From NCBI GenBank assembly GCA_030680695.1, contig JAUXUT010000149.1, positions 536,324 to 600,323 on the forward strand: a DNA stretch of 64,000 nt, given 5' to 3'. Source of the stretch: a bacterium. GTDB lineage: Bacteria; Patescibacteriota; Minisyncoccia; Phycocordibacterales; UBA6065. Both the position numbers and the translations under genes were made by a program. Below are positions 29,580 through 38,700 of the stretch, in pieces (position 1 is the first letter of the stretch; the number at the start of each line of letters is the position of its first letter). The notes beneath the pieces are model-generated. The model was not told the origin of the DNA. It searched no databases and was given only the letters and a program-made list of their open reading frames with translations.

Positions 29580-30817
29580 AGACCAAAGCGATAGAGCCAG
29601 AGACTCATATCTTTCTTGTTTGTGAATATGATGTGAGAGTCGTCGTTGCTTACGGAAAGCCTAAACATATCCATTTCTTCTAGGGCATCAAACTGAGGAT
29701 CGAGTATAAAGCCGGTGTCGCCTGTTTTCACATCTATTTTCCAAAGACTGTCACTGAAAGACACACTGCCCTGGTACCAGTCGTCCGGATAGGTTCCTGC
29801 TGGTACCACAATAGGCACCGCACAATAAATAATGTTGGCTTCGGTATTGGCCCAAGCGCATTTATCGGCGAGGGTTGCCACTGAAAGGGCCAGGGTGTTA
29901 CGTGATGTGGTGTCGAAAGACGCGGACGCTATACCCCCACCCTGTGCACCGGACATGAAAACATGACTGCTTGAAGGATTAATGTTTCCATTCAATCCCA
30001 ATATTGATGACATTGCGTTAGTGAAAGTTCCAGTTGCGACGTCGAGAATATATCCATATCCATAAACAACACCACTTGGTTTTGTCGAAAGGAACGCCGA
30101 TTTCGCACCATTTCTTGATATAAGCCATCCGGAAATGTCCGACGATAGAGCAACTCGTTTACCTAATCCGTTTACATTCGTCTCAATCAATACACCGCCT
30201 GTGGTCGTTGGGTCTAGGTAAAGGATTTTTCCTGCCGCAACAGCGATTTCAGATATGCTGGCAGGAAGGAAATATCCCTCGAGGGGAGGAGTTGATGTAG
30301 ATGTTGTGCTGGTTACTGTTGAAAGCACACCGTAGAACGATTGAATAGAAGTTCCGTCTTTGAGGTAACGCATAATAACTTCCCTACCGTTGCTAGACCA
30401 CAGTGCCTCATATATTTGGGGAATAGTCACATTCGATATCTTCTGCTCGCCTGTTTCAAAGACTGGTGATTCATAGATGTGGCCAGTGGCTCGATCAACG
30501 AAACGTACAGAGACGGCTTTAGAGCTAGACGAAACAAACGTTGCACCAGCAGCCGGTTCAGCCCAAAGTTTTCGTAGGTTGGGTAGGTATACAGAGCTGT
30601 CGATGTCTATAATACCTGTACCGCCCGTGTCACCAGTTGAAGTTGCTTGGCCCCCTGTGCCACCCTGTCCACTTGGGAATGGGAATAGACCTTGGTCAGT
30701 CTTATTAATAGACGTCGAAGTCGAGTCCTTGTCATACAGGAAAAGGAACCAACCAAGCGTCGCGAGGGCTGTGATTATAAGGAGTATTATTAAGACAATG
30801 AATGTTTTTCGATACAT
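29576..30817 (-). CDS. hypothetical N-terminally anchored extracytoplasmic protein (last gene of T4SS-like operon)
   Basis: 413 aa; TM anchor then Gly/Thr-rich linker and a large repeat-like beta-rich domain. Confidence 0.4.
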   Translation of the reverse strand: MYRKTFIVLIILLIITALATLGWFLFLYDKDSTSTSINKTDQGLFPFPSGQGGTGGQATSTGDTGGTGIIDIDSSVYLPNLRKLWAEPAAGATFVSSSSKAVSVRFVDRATGHIYESPVFETGEQKISNVTIPQIYEALWSSNGREVIMRYLKDGTSIQSFYGVLSTVTSTTSTSTPPLEGYFLPASISEIAVAAGKILYLDPTTTGGVLIETNVNGLGKRVALSSDISGWLISRNGAKSAFLSTKPSGVVYGYGYILDVATGTFTNAMSSILGLNGNINPSSSHVFMSGAQGGGIASASFDTTSRNTLALSVATLADKCAWANTEANIIYCAVPIVVPAGTYPDDWYQGSVSFSDSLWKIDVKTGDTGFILDPQFDALEEMDMFRLSVSNDDSHIIFTNKKDMSLWLYRFGL

Positions 30818-30821
30818 GGGT

Positions 30822-31844
30822 TTATAGGCAACTGCTACAAATTGTTTTTATTCTTTCTGCCGTTTCTTTACGGAAGGTGTCGGCCTCAGTACGTTTGCCG
30901 AAACTTTCTAATCGTGCAGCTGTTTCCTCACCATTCCTTTTCATATGTTCAGCGATTTGGGTGGTATTTACATATTGACCGGTCGATATTTTTTCTCGGT
31001 GTTTATTTAACTGCCAGAGCTGGCCGGTTTTTTGTTGGAATATGTAACGGTCTATATCATTATCTTCGATTGCTTTTTTGTACCGGTCGTCATTGGTGAG
31101 TTCATATGCCGCCACGAGTGATTTTCTTTTTTCATCATAGGCATTCATGCCACTTTGGATTGCCTGATCGACGTTGATCTTAGTTTTAGAGTCCCAATTT
31201 AAGATAGAGCTCTGCATTCTTTCTATGTTTGCTTCTGCAAGGGCTTTGGTTCGAATCGTTGATTCCTTAACTATCAATTCTGCTCGCTCTGTTTTTAACC
31301 GTAATAAGGATGACGAATCTGTGGTGGAGGCAATCTCGGCAGATGCTATTTGTGCGTCATAAGCAGCCATCAGCTCCTTAAGTTCACGTGAGGTTCTCTG
31401 TGCGTCACGAAGCGTTTTTATAGCAGAATCAAGATTTTTTTGCGCAGCAACAAGACCCTGAAGCCTACCCGATCCCCCAGGAAGTCGAAGATTGAAATTA
31501 ACCAGGTCTTTGTTGATAGTTTGCAGAATAATGAATGAGGCAAGGATGACACCAAGTCCAAGGAAGGCATTAGTTATCCTTTCTTTGGCCGCAGATTTGC
31601 TACCAATCGATTCTTGGTACATGTATTCGAAACCGCCCCAGATAATCATGATGACGGCGATCACCGCCCCGATACCGATGGCGAGCCCATACACACCGCT
31701 TATGACTTTTATTGGGTCTGTTACTGTGCCCTCCTTGAACACTCCTGGTAACGTGGTGAGAGGTTTAAAGTCCTCTGCATACACAACACCAGCTGAGATG
31801 GCGAATGTTGCAAGTACCGACAAAACTAGAGCTTTCTTATTCAT
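30822..31844 (-). CDS. pilin-like two-TM protein (TrbC/VirB2-like topology) with C-terminal coiled-coil domain
   Basis: Signal peptide (..AISAGVVYA/ED), then two hydrophobic helices (ISGVYGLAIGIGAVIAVIMIIWGG; FLGLGVILASFIILQTI) as in T4SS pilins, then ~230 aa predicted coiled coil. Confidence 0.35.
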   Translation of the reverse strand: MNKKALVLSVLATFAISAGVVYAEDFKPLTTLPGVFKEGTVTDPIKVISGVYGLAIGIGAVIAVIMIIWGGFEYMYQESIGSKSAAKERITNAFLGLGVILASFIILQTINKDLVNFNLRLPGGSGRLQGLVAAQKNLDSAIKTLRDAQRTSRELKELMAAYDAQIASAEIASTTDSSSLLRLKTERAELIVKESTIRTKALAEANIERMQSSILNWDSKTKINVDQAIQSGMNAYDEKRKSLVAAYELTNDDRYKKAIEDNDIDRYIFQQKTGQLWQLNKHREKISTGQYVNTTQIAEHMKRNGEETAARLESFGKRTEADTFRKETAERIKTICSSCL

Positions 31845-32880
31845 ACCTGATTATTATCGCACTGTTTGCACCCTGCAGAAGTTTTTGGGAGTTCTGTATC
31901 GTGACACCGATTGATGATGCACCCGCTTGCCCTGTTTTTCGCAAGATAACACCACTTCGGTTCTGGAAACTTGGTACGGTCTGACCGTTTAGCTTCCATG
32001 AGTACGATAGTGCAGCACTATTTCTTACAGGAACCGAGAAAAAATAAGGTTCAGCAACAATTTCAACCTCATCGTTCACCAGATTAACAGAACGCAGCAA
32101 AGATTTTTCATAAAGCGTTCCATACAAGCCACTATTCTCGTAAAATACGATTTTCGGCACAATTGGGCTTATGGTCACACTCCTCCTTGCAACGATGTTG
32201 TCGCGAGGAGCGGACACTTCGACCATAATGTCCTCACCAGGACGCAGGTAGCTCGTCTGGGACGTGATAAAAGTGTTCTTACCGTACCCAGATGCGTTTG
32301 CCTGGACCTCGCCGTTCTTACTCCAAGAATATATGAGTTCTTTCGGGTTGATTCTTTTACCAGAGAAATCAACGAATTCTGGTAGTGCGATGACTTTGAA
32401 TGCTCCGTTGTATGAATGAAGAGCCTTACCTTTATAGAAAGGTGGTGTATATGTATCGCTTTCCCATACCAAGGCGACATCAGCTGGGCGTATAACAATA
32501 CTTGTATTGAATGTTCCTGTGCCCACGGTAACGACCGAGACATGGATGGTGCTCATTGACCCAACGCCGCCCGCCCTAGCCGACAATGATTTGAGGCCGA
32601 CGCCACGCTGAACTTCTTTACCATCGATGGACCAAACAACAAGGGCCGAATCAAGGCCCATACTGTAGCTCTGTAGGCGTACATCGAACAACCCGTTTGG
32701 CTGAGGTACTTCAGGTATAAGAGATAGCGTAAGTGGATCAGATATACCTGGTATGGTTTGGGCAGACGCCGAAGATGGCGCGATGATTCCAAAGGCCCAG
32801 GTCAGGGCAAGCGAAGCAATTGTACAGGCTATCGCGAGGGTTATGCGAGGCATACCCTTTAATAATAACACAGGCGACAA
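31837..32880 (-). CDS. hypothetical secreted protein (T4SS-like operon)
   Basis: 347 aa with signal peptide; beta-rich; no family recognised. Confidence 0.4.
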   Translation of the reverse strand: MSPVLLLKGMPRITLAIACTIASLALTWAFGIIAPSSASAQTIPGISDPLTLSLIPEVPQPNGLFDVRLQSYSMGLDSALVVWSIDGKEVQRGVGLKSLSARAGGVGSMSTIHVSVVTVGTGTFNTSIVIRPADVALVWESDTYTPPFYKGKALHSYNGAFKVIALPEFVDFSGKRINPKELIYSWSKNGEVQANASGYGKNTFITSQTSYLRPGEDIMVEVSAPRDNIVARRSVTISPIVPKIVFYENSGLYGTLYEKSLLRSVNLVNDEVEIVAEPYFFSVPVRNSAALSYSWKLNGQTVPSFQNRSGVILRKTGQAGASSIGVTIQNSQKLLQGANSAIIIRYE

Positions 32881-32883
32881 GAC

Positions 32884-34683
32884 TTATTGCGATAGTCTTT
32901 TAGCTTCCTTGATAGCTAGTATCTGTGAAGGGTCGGATGTTATGATTTGGTCTTCGGTATACGAGGCAATGATCTTTATAGCCACGTGTTTAAGGCCAAC
33001 AAAGAATATTCCCTCCCCCACATCTGATTCGAGTAGAAGGTATTTTTCCTCATCAGTAAGATTGAAGACCTGTTGGAGCTTGTCTATAGACGACGGGGAC
33101 TGTTTAAGGAGCACCTGTATGGATGAGTTGGTTATAATCGGCAGTCCATAAGGTGATTTTAAGAAGTCGTCGACATCTTGGGTGATTGTTGCAAGTCCAA
33201 GGAAGTGCTTTCTTCCTCTTTTTGCAAGGCCAAGAAGGAACGAAGCGGTGTCTTCGGATTTCATCATCCACCACGCCTCGTCGATGACAAGGAGGCGTTT
33301 TTTAAGGTTTTTCATGACCGCAGTCTGGATGTATCGCATGACGATGTACATTGCAACTGGTTTGAGGTCGTCTTCCATGTCTCGGAGCGAGAAGACAATG
33401 AACTTCGAGTTGATATCAACGTTAGTTGGTCTGTTGATAAAGCCGGACCATGTTCCCTTGGTGTATTTGGTGAGGCGTTGGACGAGCGATTCCCCACCTT
33501 CCATGCCCGTCAGAACCAGTTCAAAGTCGGAAAGAAGTGGTGCCTGAGCATTGCTGAAGTCGGAATCTGGGGTGATATCTTTTAACGCGTATGTTTCAGT
33601 GATAGCACGGTCAATGATCGCATCTTCTTCGGGGGTGAGGCCACCCATCATGATACGAAAGAGACCGACAAGGTTTATGATGTTTGATCGTAGAACGTCC
33701 GCAGGCGCCTCGTCTTCACGTGGGGTCGGCAGGTCAAACGGATTGATGTGGTGTTCAGAGTTTAGGGATATGTTGAAGTATTTTCCTCCCGTTGCCTCTG
33801 ATAGGAACTCATATTCCTTTTCTGGGTCGATGACAATGACTTCGGTGTCGAACATGAGGGTTCGAAGGATTTCTAGTTTGATCGAATAAGACTTTCCAGA
33901 TCCAGACTTGGCGAAAGTAATCGAGTTGTAGTTTTCAAGGCTGAATCGGTCGAAGAGCACGAGCGACGAATTGTGACGGTTCACACCGTAAAGTATGCCT
34001 TTGTCGGAGGTAAGGTCGAACGAGATGAACGGGAACAGGCTTGAAAGAGGGCTAGAATTAAGCTTGGAATGGACCATGAGCTCGTCCTTGGCAATCGGGA
34101 GGTTGGATTTGTATCCCTGCTCCTGTTGGAAGAGGGCCGGCTTTACATAGACAAGTTTTGATTCAAGCACCGATTTAATTTCGGACTCGGTCTTGTCGAG
34201 TTCGGCCTCTGAGTCAGCATATATTGTGATGTAAACACCGACATCAAAAAGTTTTTCCTGAGCTTGTTGGAGTTGATCGCGGAGCTGTTCCAGATCTTGA
34301 TATGCGGTGTCGAGCATCGGATCGCGTACAAGACCCTTGCTTTCACGTATAGATATCTGGCTTTGTACCTCGGCGACCTTTTTCTGGAACTGACGCAGAA
34401 CGCGTGCGGTTTCGACCGGATGGACAAATATCGAGATGTTGAAGACTTTGTCGAGATTGATGATAGGGGCGAACCAACTTTCGGTGAGGAATCGTGGGTA
34501 CGAGATTACGAAGAATGATCGTACAATTTTGTCACCCAGGTTCAATTCGCGTGGTGTGACCTTGAGTGCCGAAGGAGCAATGACGTCTTTCAGTTCAAGT
34601 ACGCCAGCCTCGTAGATTTCTTGTGGCAACACCGGGGCGATGTTCACCTTGTCCTTCTTTTTGAATATATCGAAAAGTCCCAT
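32884..34683 (-). CDS. VirB4/TraE/Orf16-family conjugal-transfer ATPase, C-terminal ATPase part
   Basis: 599 aa; Walker A FAKSGSGKSY, Walker B LLVIDEAWWMM; collinear with Tn916 Orf16-like VirB4 from the DFIAPS region onward. Confidence 0.8.
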   Translation of the reverse strand: MGLFDIFKKKDKVNIAPVLPQEIYEAGVLELKDVIAPSALKVTPRELNLGDKIVRSFFVISYPRFLTESWFAPIINLDKVFNISIFVHPVETARVLRQFQKKVAEVQSQISIRESKGLVRDPMLDTAYQDLEQLRDQLQQAQEKLFDVGVYITIYADSEAELDKTESEIKSVLESKLVYVKPALFQQEQGYKSNLPIAKDELMVHSKLNSSPLSSLFPFISFDLTSDKGILYGVNRHNSSLVLFDRFSLENYNSITFAKSGSGKSYSIKLEILRTLMFDTEVIVIDPEKEYEFLSEATGGKYFNISLNSEHHINPFDLPTPREDEAPADVLRSNIINLVGLFRIMMGGLTPEEDAIIDRAITETYALKDITPDSDFSNAQAPLLSDFELVLTGMEGGESLVQRLTKYTKGTWSGFINRPTNVDINSKFIVFSLRDMEDDLKPVAMYIVMRYIQTAVMKNLKKRLLVIDEAWWMMKSEDTASFLLGLAKRGRKHFLGLATITQDVDDFLKSPYGLPIITNSSIQVLLKQSPSSIDKLQQVFNLTDEEKYLLLESDVGEGIFFVGLKHVAIKIIASYTEDQIITSDPSQILAIKEAKRLSQ

Positions 34684-34702
34684 GGAAGTTTATTGTAATA
34701 CG

Positions 34703-35338
34703 TTATGAAAGTGGTATTGGCTTCTCTGTATCACCAGGATTGAATATCTTATAGAAGAGCTCGACGATTTCTTCCGTTCCAAGTTCGACTGATCTAACAC
34801 CGCAACGCACAAGGCCCTGGGCCACAACCCCAACACGCTGCTCGAGCTGGCTTCGATGTTCCTCGAATTGGGCAAGACGGTCTTCTGCGCCCTGGGCCTG
34901 GGTTTTCTTTTTGCCGAGGACGCTCGAAATACCACCTGTCGTTATAACGGCCGGACTGTATGGCACGACCACAAAGAATGTTTTGGTCATGATGTTTGAA
35001 TTCTCAGTGAATTTCTTTATGAACTCTATGTATTCACGGGTCTGCATTTTCATGATGTCGGAAACCTGTTCTTTGAGGCGTCCTTCAAGTAACGCTATGT
35101 ATGGCCGTATGTCTAACTTTCTCGATTGGATGAAGATTTGCACCGAAAAGTCGAGTGAGTTGAGGAAGTTCTGGAACTGATAGATGATTGACTGCTGTTC
35201 TTCGGCCGATTTAAGGGCGAAGTTAAGAGATGAGGCCATAACAATCGACCTCAGGGAATTATCCTTGAGGATAACCACCCCCTGCCTTATTTCCTTGATG
35301 GGGACGAATTCTTGAGTTGTCTTTGCGTTGATGGCCAT
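34703..35338 (-). CDS. VirB4-family ATPase, N-terminal domain encoded as a separate ORF (split gene or frameshift)
   Basis: 211 aa; FVPIKEIRQGVVILKDNSLRSIVMASSLNFALKSAEEQQSII..FLNSLDFSVQIF matches the N-terminal domain of Gram-positive VirB4 homologues; ends in TAA 16 nt before the ATG of the ATPase ORF, in a different frame. Confidence 0.7.
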   Translation of the reverse strand: MAINAKTTQEFVPIKEIRQGVVILKDNSLRSIVMASSLNFALKSAEEQQSIIYQFQNFLNSLDFSVQIFIQSRKLDIRPYIALLEGRLKEQVSDIMKMQTREYIEFIKKFTENSNIMTKTFFVVVPYSPAVITTGGISSVLGKKKTQAQGAEDRLAQFEEHRSQLEQRVGVVAQGLVRCGVRSVELGTEEIVELFYKIFNPGDTEKPIPLS

Positions 35339-35362
35339 GATGCGTCTCGACCATTATACGTC

Positions 35363-35800
35363 CTAAAAGGTTTTCTTGCCTGCCTGGTTTTGGGCCGGAT
35401 TCTGGCTTTGTTTGATGTCGAGTGACCAGGTTAGGTCTTTGAGCTTGCTGTCAGAGAGTTTTGGCACATAGAAATCAGGAGCCACAGTCGGGGCCTCTTC
35501 CCTTGTTTCGATCGGCTTGTTTACCTTCTTCCAAATGTACAATTTGTCTCCAAACGCGTATGTAAATGCAGATTCCACCACATTTATGAACGGTTTGTTG
35601 TTAATCTTGTAAAAAGCCAAAGCCGCAGCGAAAGCCATTATCGGAAGAATGAAAATGACGCTTATGAAAAGGTTGCCGATGAGGGTATATACAACAAAAG
35701 AAAGGCCTGCCCCGCCGACGAGGTATATGAACTGTTTTATCGTGAGGGGGCCAAATATCTTGTCTTCAACCTCTATGAATTGGGGTACCTGGAATCTCAT
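35363..35800 (-). CDS. PrgI/VirB3-like small membrane protein
   Basis: 145 aa; N-terminus MRFQVPQFIEVEDKIFGPLTIKQFIYLVGG followed by two TM helices, matching the PrgI-family signature; immediately upstream of VirB4. Confidence 0.6.
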   Translation of the reverse strand: MRFQVPQFIEVEDKIFGPLTIKQFIYLVGGAGLSFVVYTLIGNLFISVIFILPIMAFAAALAFYKINNKPFINVVESAFTYAFGDKLYIWKKVNKPIETREEAPTVAPDFYVPKLSDSKLKDLTWSLDIKQSQNPAQNQAGKKTF

Positions 35801-35804
35801 GAGT

Positions 35805-36236
35805 TTATTGGATTGGTTCTCGATATGGGTCCACGGTCGTTTTCTTTGTTGGCATGTTTACCGGCTCAGTTAACTTACCTTCGATGAAGTCGTGGGCGAT
35901 GGCATGGTCATCAGCCGGTGGTGTCATCACAGGATGAACAGCCGGCGTCGGATTTTCTATTTCGGCGAGGATGTCTTCTTTAGCCATACTGTTGACTCTT
36001 TGTGAACTTTCAACAACTGATTTTCTAGCCGGAATAAATATTTCAACATTTATATCGGTGGTAAGGTCGATAGCGTCTTCAGCTGATAGGTTAAGATGGT
36101 CCTCGATTATCGAGATGAAGTCATCACTCTGGCTTTGACCAGATATAACTTTATCTACTTCCTCAGCCAGCACGCCGAGTTGATCGATGTGTAGTCCGAA
36201 TTTATCACCAATTTTTTTTAAGGTTGGGTTATCCAT
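35805..36236 (-). CDS. hypothetical acidic protein (T4SS-like operon)
   Basis: 143 aa; no family recognised. Confidence 0.35.
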   Translation of the reverse strand: MDNPTLKKIGDKFGLHIDQLGVLAEEVDKVISGQSQSDDFISIIEDHLNLSAEDAIDLTTDINVEIFIPARKSVVESSQRVNSMAKEDILAEIENPTPAVHPVMTPPADDHAIAHDFIEGKLTEPVNMPTKKTTVDPYREPIQ

Positions 36237-36238
36237 GC

Positions 36239-38605
36239 TTAGGTATATTGCTCATCATCATCTTCTGCGTCTGCATCTGGGCCAGCAGGTGTTGTTGGGG
36301 TAGCTGATTTTGGTTCCCTTCCCCCCCTTTTACCCTTTTTACCCTTTTGTTTGTTGCCTTCGATTGAATCAAATTCATCCTGTTCTTTTTTTAGCTCAGC
36401 TTTCTTTTTTTGAAGTTCAGCTGCAAGACCATCTTTACCGTCTGTTCGAGGCCTAAAACCCTTATCAACGACTTGCTTGCCAGAGGCATCAAGTACAGGT
36501 TTTCCGTTGTCCGTTCTCGGCTTTTCATAGTATTCATGACCGATTCTGTCCTTTCTGATTATATCTCCAATAGAGTCGGTGTCGCCCTTCTCTGATTTTA
36601 ACATCGCTTGTTTTTTGGTCACCACATCAGTCATACCCATAACCCTTCCAATCCTTTCATCTTGGTGTTTTTTGTACTTTGAGTAGCTATTTATTTTCTT
36701 TGCCTCGCTCCTTATTTTATCTTTCTCGGCCTGCGTCATCTTTCCTGTTTCTCTGTCGACTTGTCCCATTAGGGCGGCGGTTTCTTCTGGTGATTCGGCA
36801 GAATTAGCTTTGTGTAGCAATGCGGCTACCTTATTTTTCTTCATCATGCTCTCAAGTTCATTCTGCATACGTATTTTTTCTAGCCTAAGTGCCGCATTCA
36901 TCTTATCCACATCATCTGTCTTGGCGGCATTTTCAAGGTGGGCCATCGCGATTTGCTCGGCAATGATCTGGTTGCTTATACCAGTACTTGCTTTCTTAGC
37001 ATCCTCAACATTAGCCTTTCTGTACGCGGCATGTGCGTTATCAGTTATATCTTCGAAGGCGCTCGAATATCCCTTACCGGCGACGCCGGCGTTCATTGCT
37101 TTGTAAATAGAATCATCCTGGCGCATAGCTGCATAGCGGGCCCTGTTCTCTTCACCAGCCTTTCCTTTACCGAGATTCTTTTCTGCCCACTCCTTCTCTT
37201 TTTCCTTGAAATCTTCGACACCTGATTTAAATCCACCCTCCTCAATTTTACCAACCTTAGTTGCATCAAGTTTCACACCGGCTATATCTAGCTTTCCTCC
37301 GAGGGCACCCATCATGCTGCCGCCCGCTGTTGTTTTGCGTGCGTCAAAACTCGAAGATGCCATTTTGTTGGTCGCAGCAAGCTGCATTCTTCCCGCAAAG
37401 CCCCTCATACCGCCTTCGGCCGCTTTAGCCTGCAGGGCACCCATAGACTCTTTGTCTTGGGTGTAATTGAACGCTCTGCGTCCAATGGTTTGTCTTCCGA
37501 ATGCACCACCAAGACCAGCTATACCTCCGACGGCGATGCCGGTCGCATTCTTTGCTATGTTTGCGATAGAGCTACCGATCTCACCACTATTATCTTTGGC
37601 CACCTGAAGAGCTTTGAGCAGCATCATAATTATGATGATGAATATGACGTAGTTGACCGGTGTGAATTCTGTGCTCGCGGCGTCATTACCGAAGACAAGT
37701 GCGTCGAATCGATCGACCATGAAAAGGGTTATGTATAGGAATAGGAAGAACATTGGCAGCATCATGAGCTGCTTAAGCATCTCGTCCCACCACTTCCCTG
37801 CTTGTTTACTATAATCACCTAATGAGAAGAAAGGTCCAGTGAACCCTATCGGTGCGGTAATGAGGAGTATCATGAACGCTACAATACGGCCGACAATAAG
37901 GAAGACCATATGGAAGAATACATATATCGCAACACAGATTAGAGCAAATAGAAGTACACCTTGGGTGAAGGACTGCAAAGAGAAAGACTTCATGCTAAAG
38001 AAATCACTAAGGCTTGTCCCTGGCCCACCTGAAGTTTGCGTGAGTTTTTCCATCTGGAGTGTTGCACGTACCGACGAGCTCATACTCGATCCATCGCCGA
38101 GATTTTTTATGCCTTGCACGAGCCACGCGGTGACAACGTTGCTTGTGTCGATCATTATTTTCGTAAAGAAAAGGCTGAAGTTGAGGAGCAGTGCTGCCAT
38201 AAGAACACCAGCGATGGTTCTTTTCACCGAAGCGAGGTTTCCGATATTGAGAATAGTTTTTATACCCTCATAGATAAGTATGAAGATAAAGATCATGTTC
38301 GCGAGATCGCGTACAATGCTCCAGGTGATTCCTATGGCTTCTGAATTATAAAAACTCGGGTCGAGTGATAGTGAAACAGCGGTGTCGATAATGAGACCGA
38401 GGAGTTGCAAAATCAAGCCGCCAATTGGTATGAGCACCCACCAGAATATTTTTCCGATAAGTCCATAGAAAATATCAATACCACCAGTTAGGAGGCTCAG
38501 GGCAGCATCGGCAACTTGGGCGTTAGCCTGATGTGGCGCGAAGAAAACACCCGCAGCGACAAGGATGGTCGTTATAAGGAAAAATTGAGAGACGAGCTTT
38601 CTCAT
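36239..38605 (-). CDS. VirB6/TrbL-like polytopic membrane protein with long charged coiled-coil C-terminal domain
   Basis: 788 aa; signal peptide, then at least six hydrophobic helices in the first ~380 aa; C-terminal ~380 aa K/E/A-rich coiled coil. Confidence 0.5.
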   Translation of the reverse strand: MRKLVSQFFLITTILVAAGVFFAPHQANAQVADAALSLLTGGIDIFYGLIGKIFWWVLIPIGGLILQLLGLIIDTAVSLSLDPSFYNSEAIGITWSIVRDLANMIFIFILIYEGIKTILNIGNLASVKRTIAGVLMAALLLNFSLFFTKIMIDTSNVVTAWLVQGIKNLGDGSSMSSSVRATLQMEKLTQTSGGPGTSLSDFFSMKSFSLQSFTQGVLLFALICVAIYVFFHMVFLIVGRIVAFMILLITAPIGFTGPFFSLGDYSKQAGKWWDEMLKQLMMLPMFFLFLYITLFMVDRFDALVFGNDAASTEFTPVNYVIFIIIIMMLLKALQVAKDNSGEIGSSIANIAKNATGIAVGGIAGLGGAFGRQTIGRRAFNYTQDKESMGALQAKAAEGGMRGFAGRMQLAATNKMASSSFDARKTTAGGSMMGALGGKLDIAGVKLDATKVGKIEEGGFKSGVEDFKEKEKEWAEKNLGKGKAGEENRARYAAMRQDDSIYKAMNAGVAGKGYSSAFEDITDNAHAAYRKANVEDAKKASTGISNQIIAEQIAMAHLENAAKTDDVDKMNAALRLEKIRMQNELESMMKKNKVAALLHKANSAESPEETAALMGQVDRETGKMTQAEKDKIRSEAKKINSYSKYKKHQDERIGRVMGMTDVVTKKQAMLKSEKGDTDSIGDIIRKDRIGHEYYEKPRTDNGKPVLDASGKQVVDKGFRPRTDGKDGLAAELQKKKAELKKEQDEFDSIEGNKQKGKKGKRGGREPKSATPTTPAGPDADAEDDDEQYT

Positions 38606-38700
38606 CCCTAATATTGTACTACAAAATTAAAGTCTGGTGTAAGTAGTCTACTTGGCCTGTCTAAAAAACGGTCAATGAGCGTCCCAACCCATATCGATCA

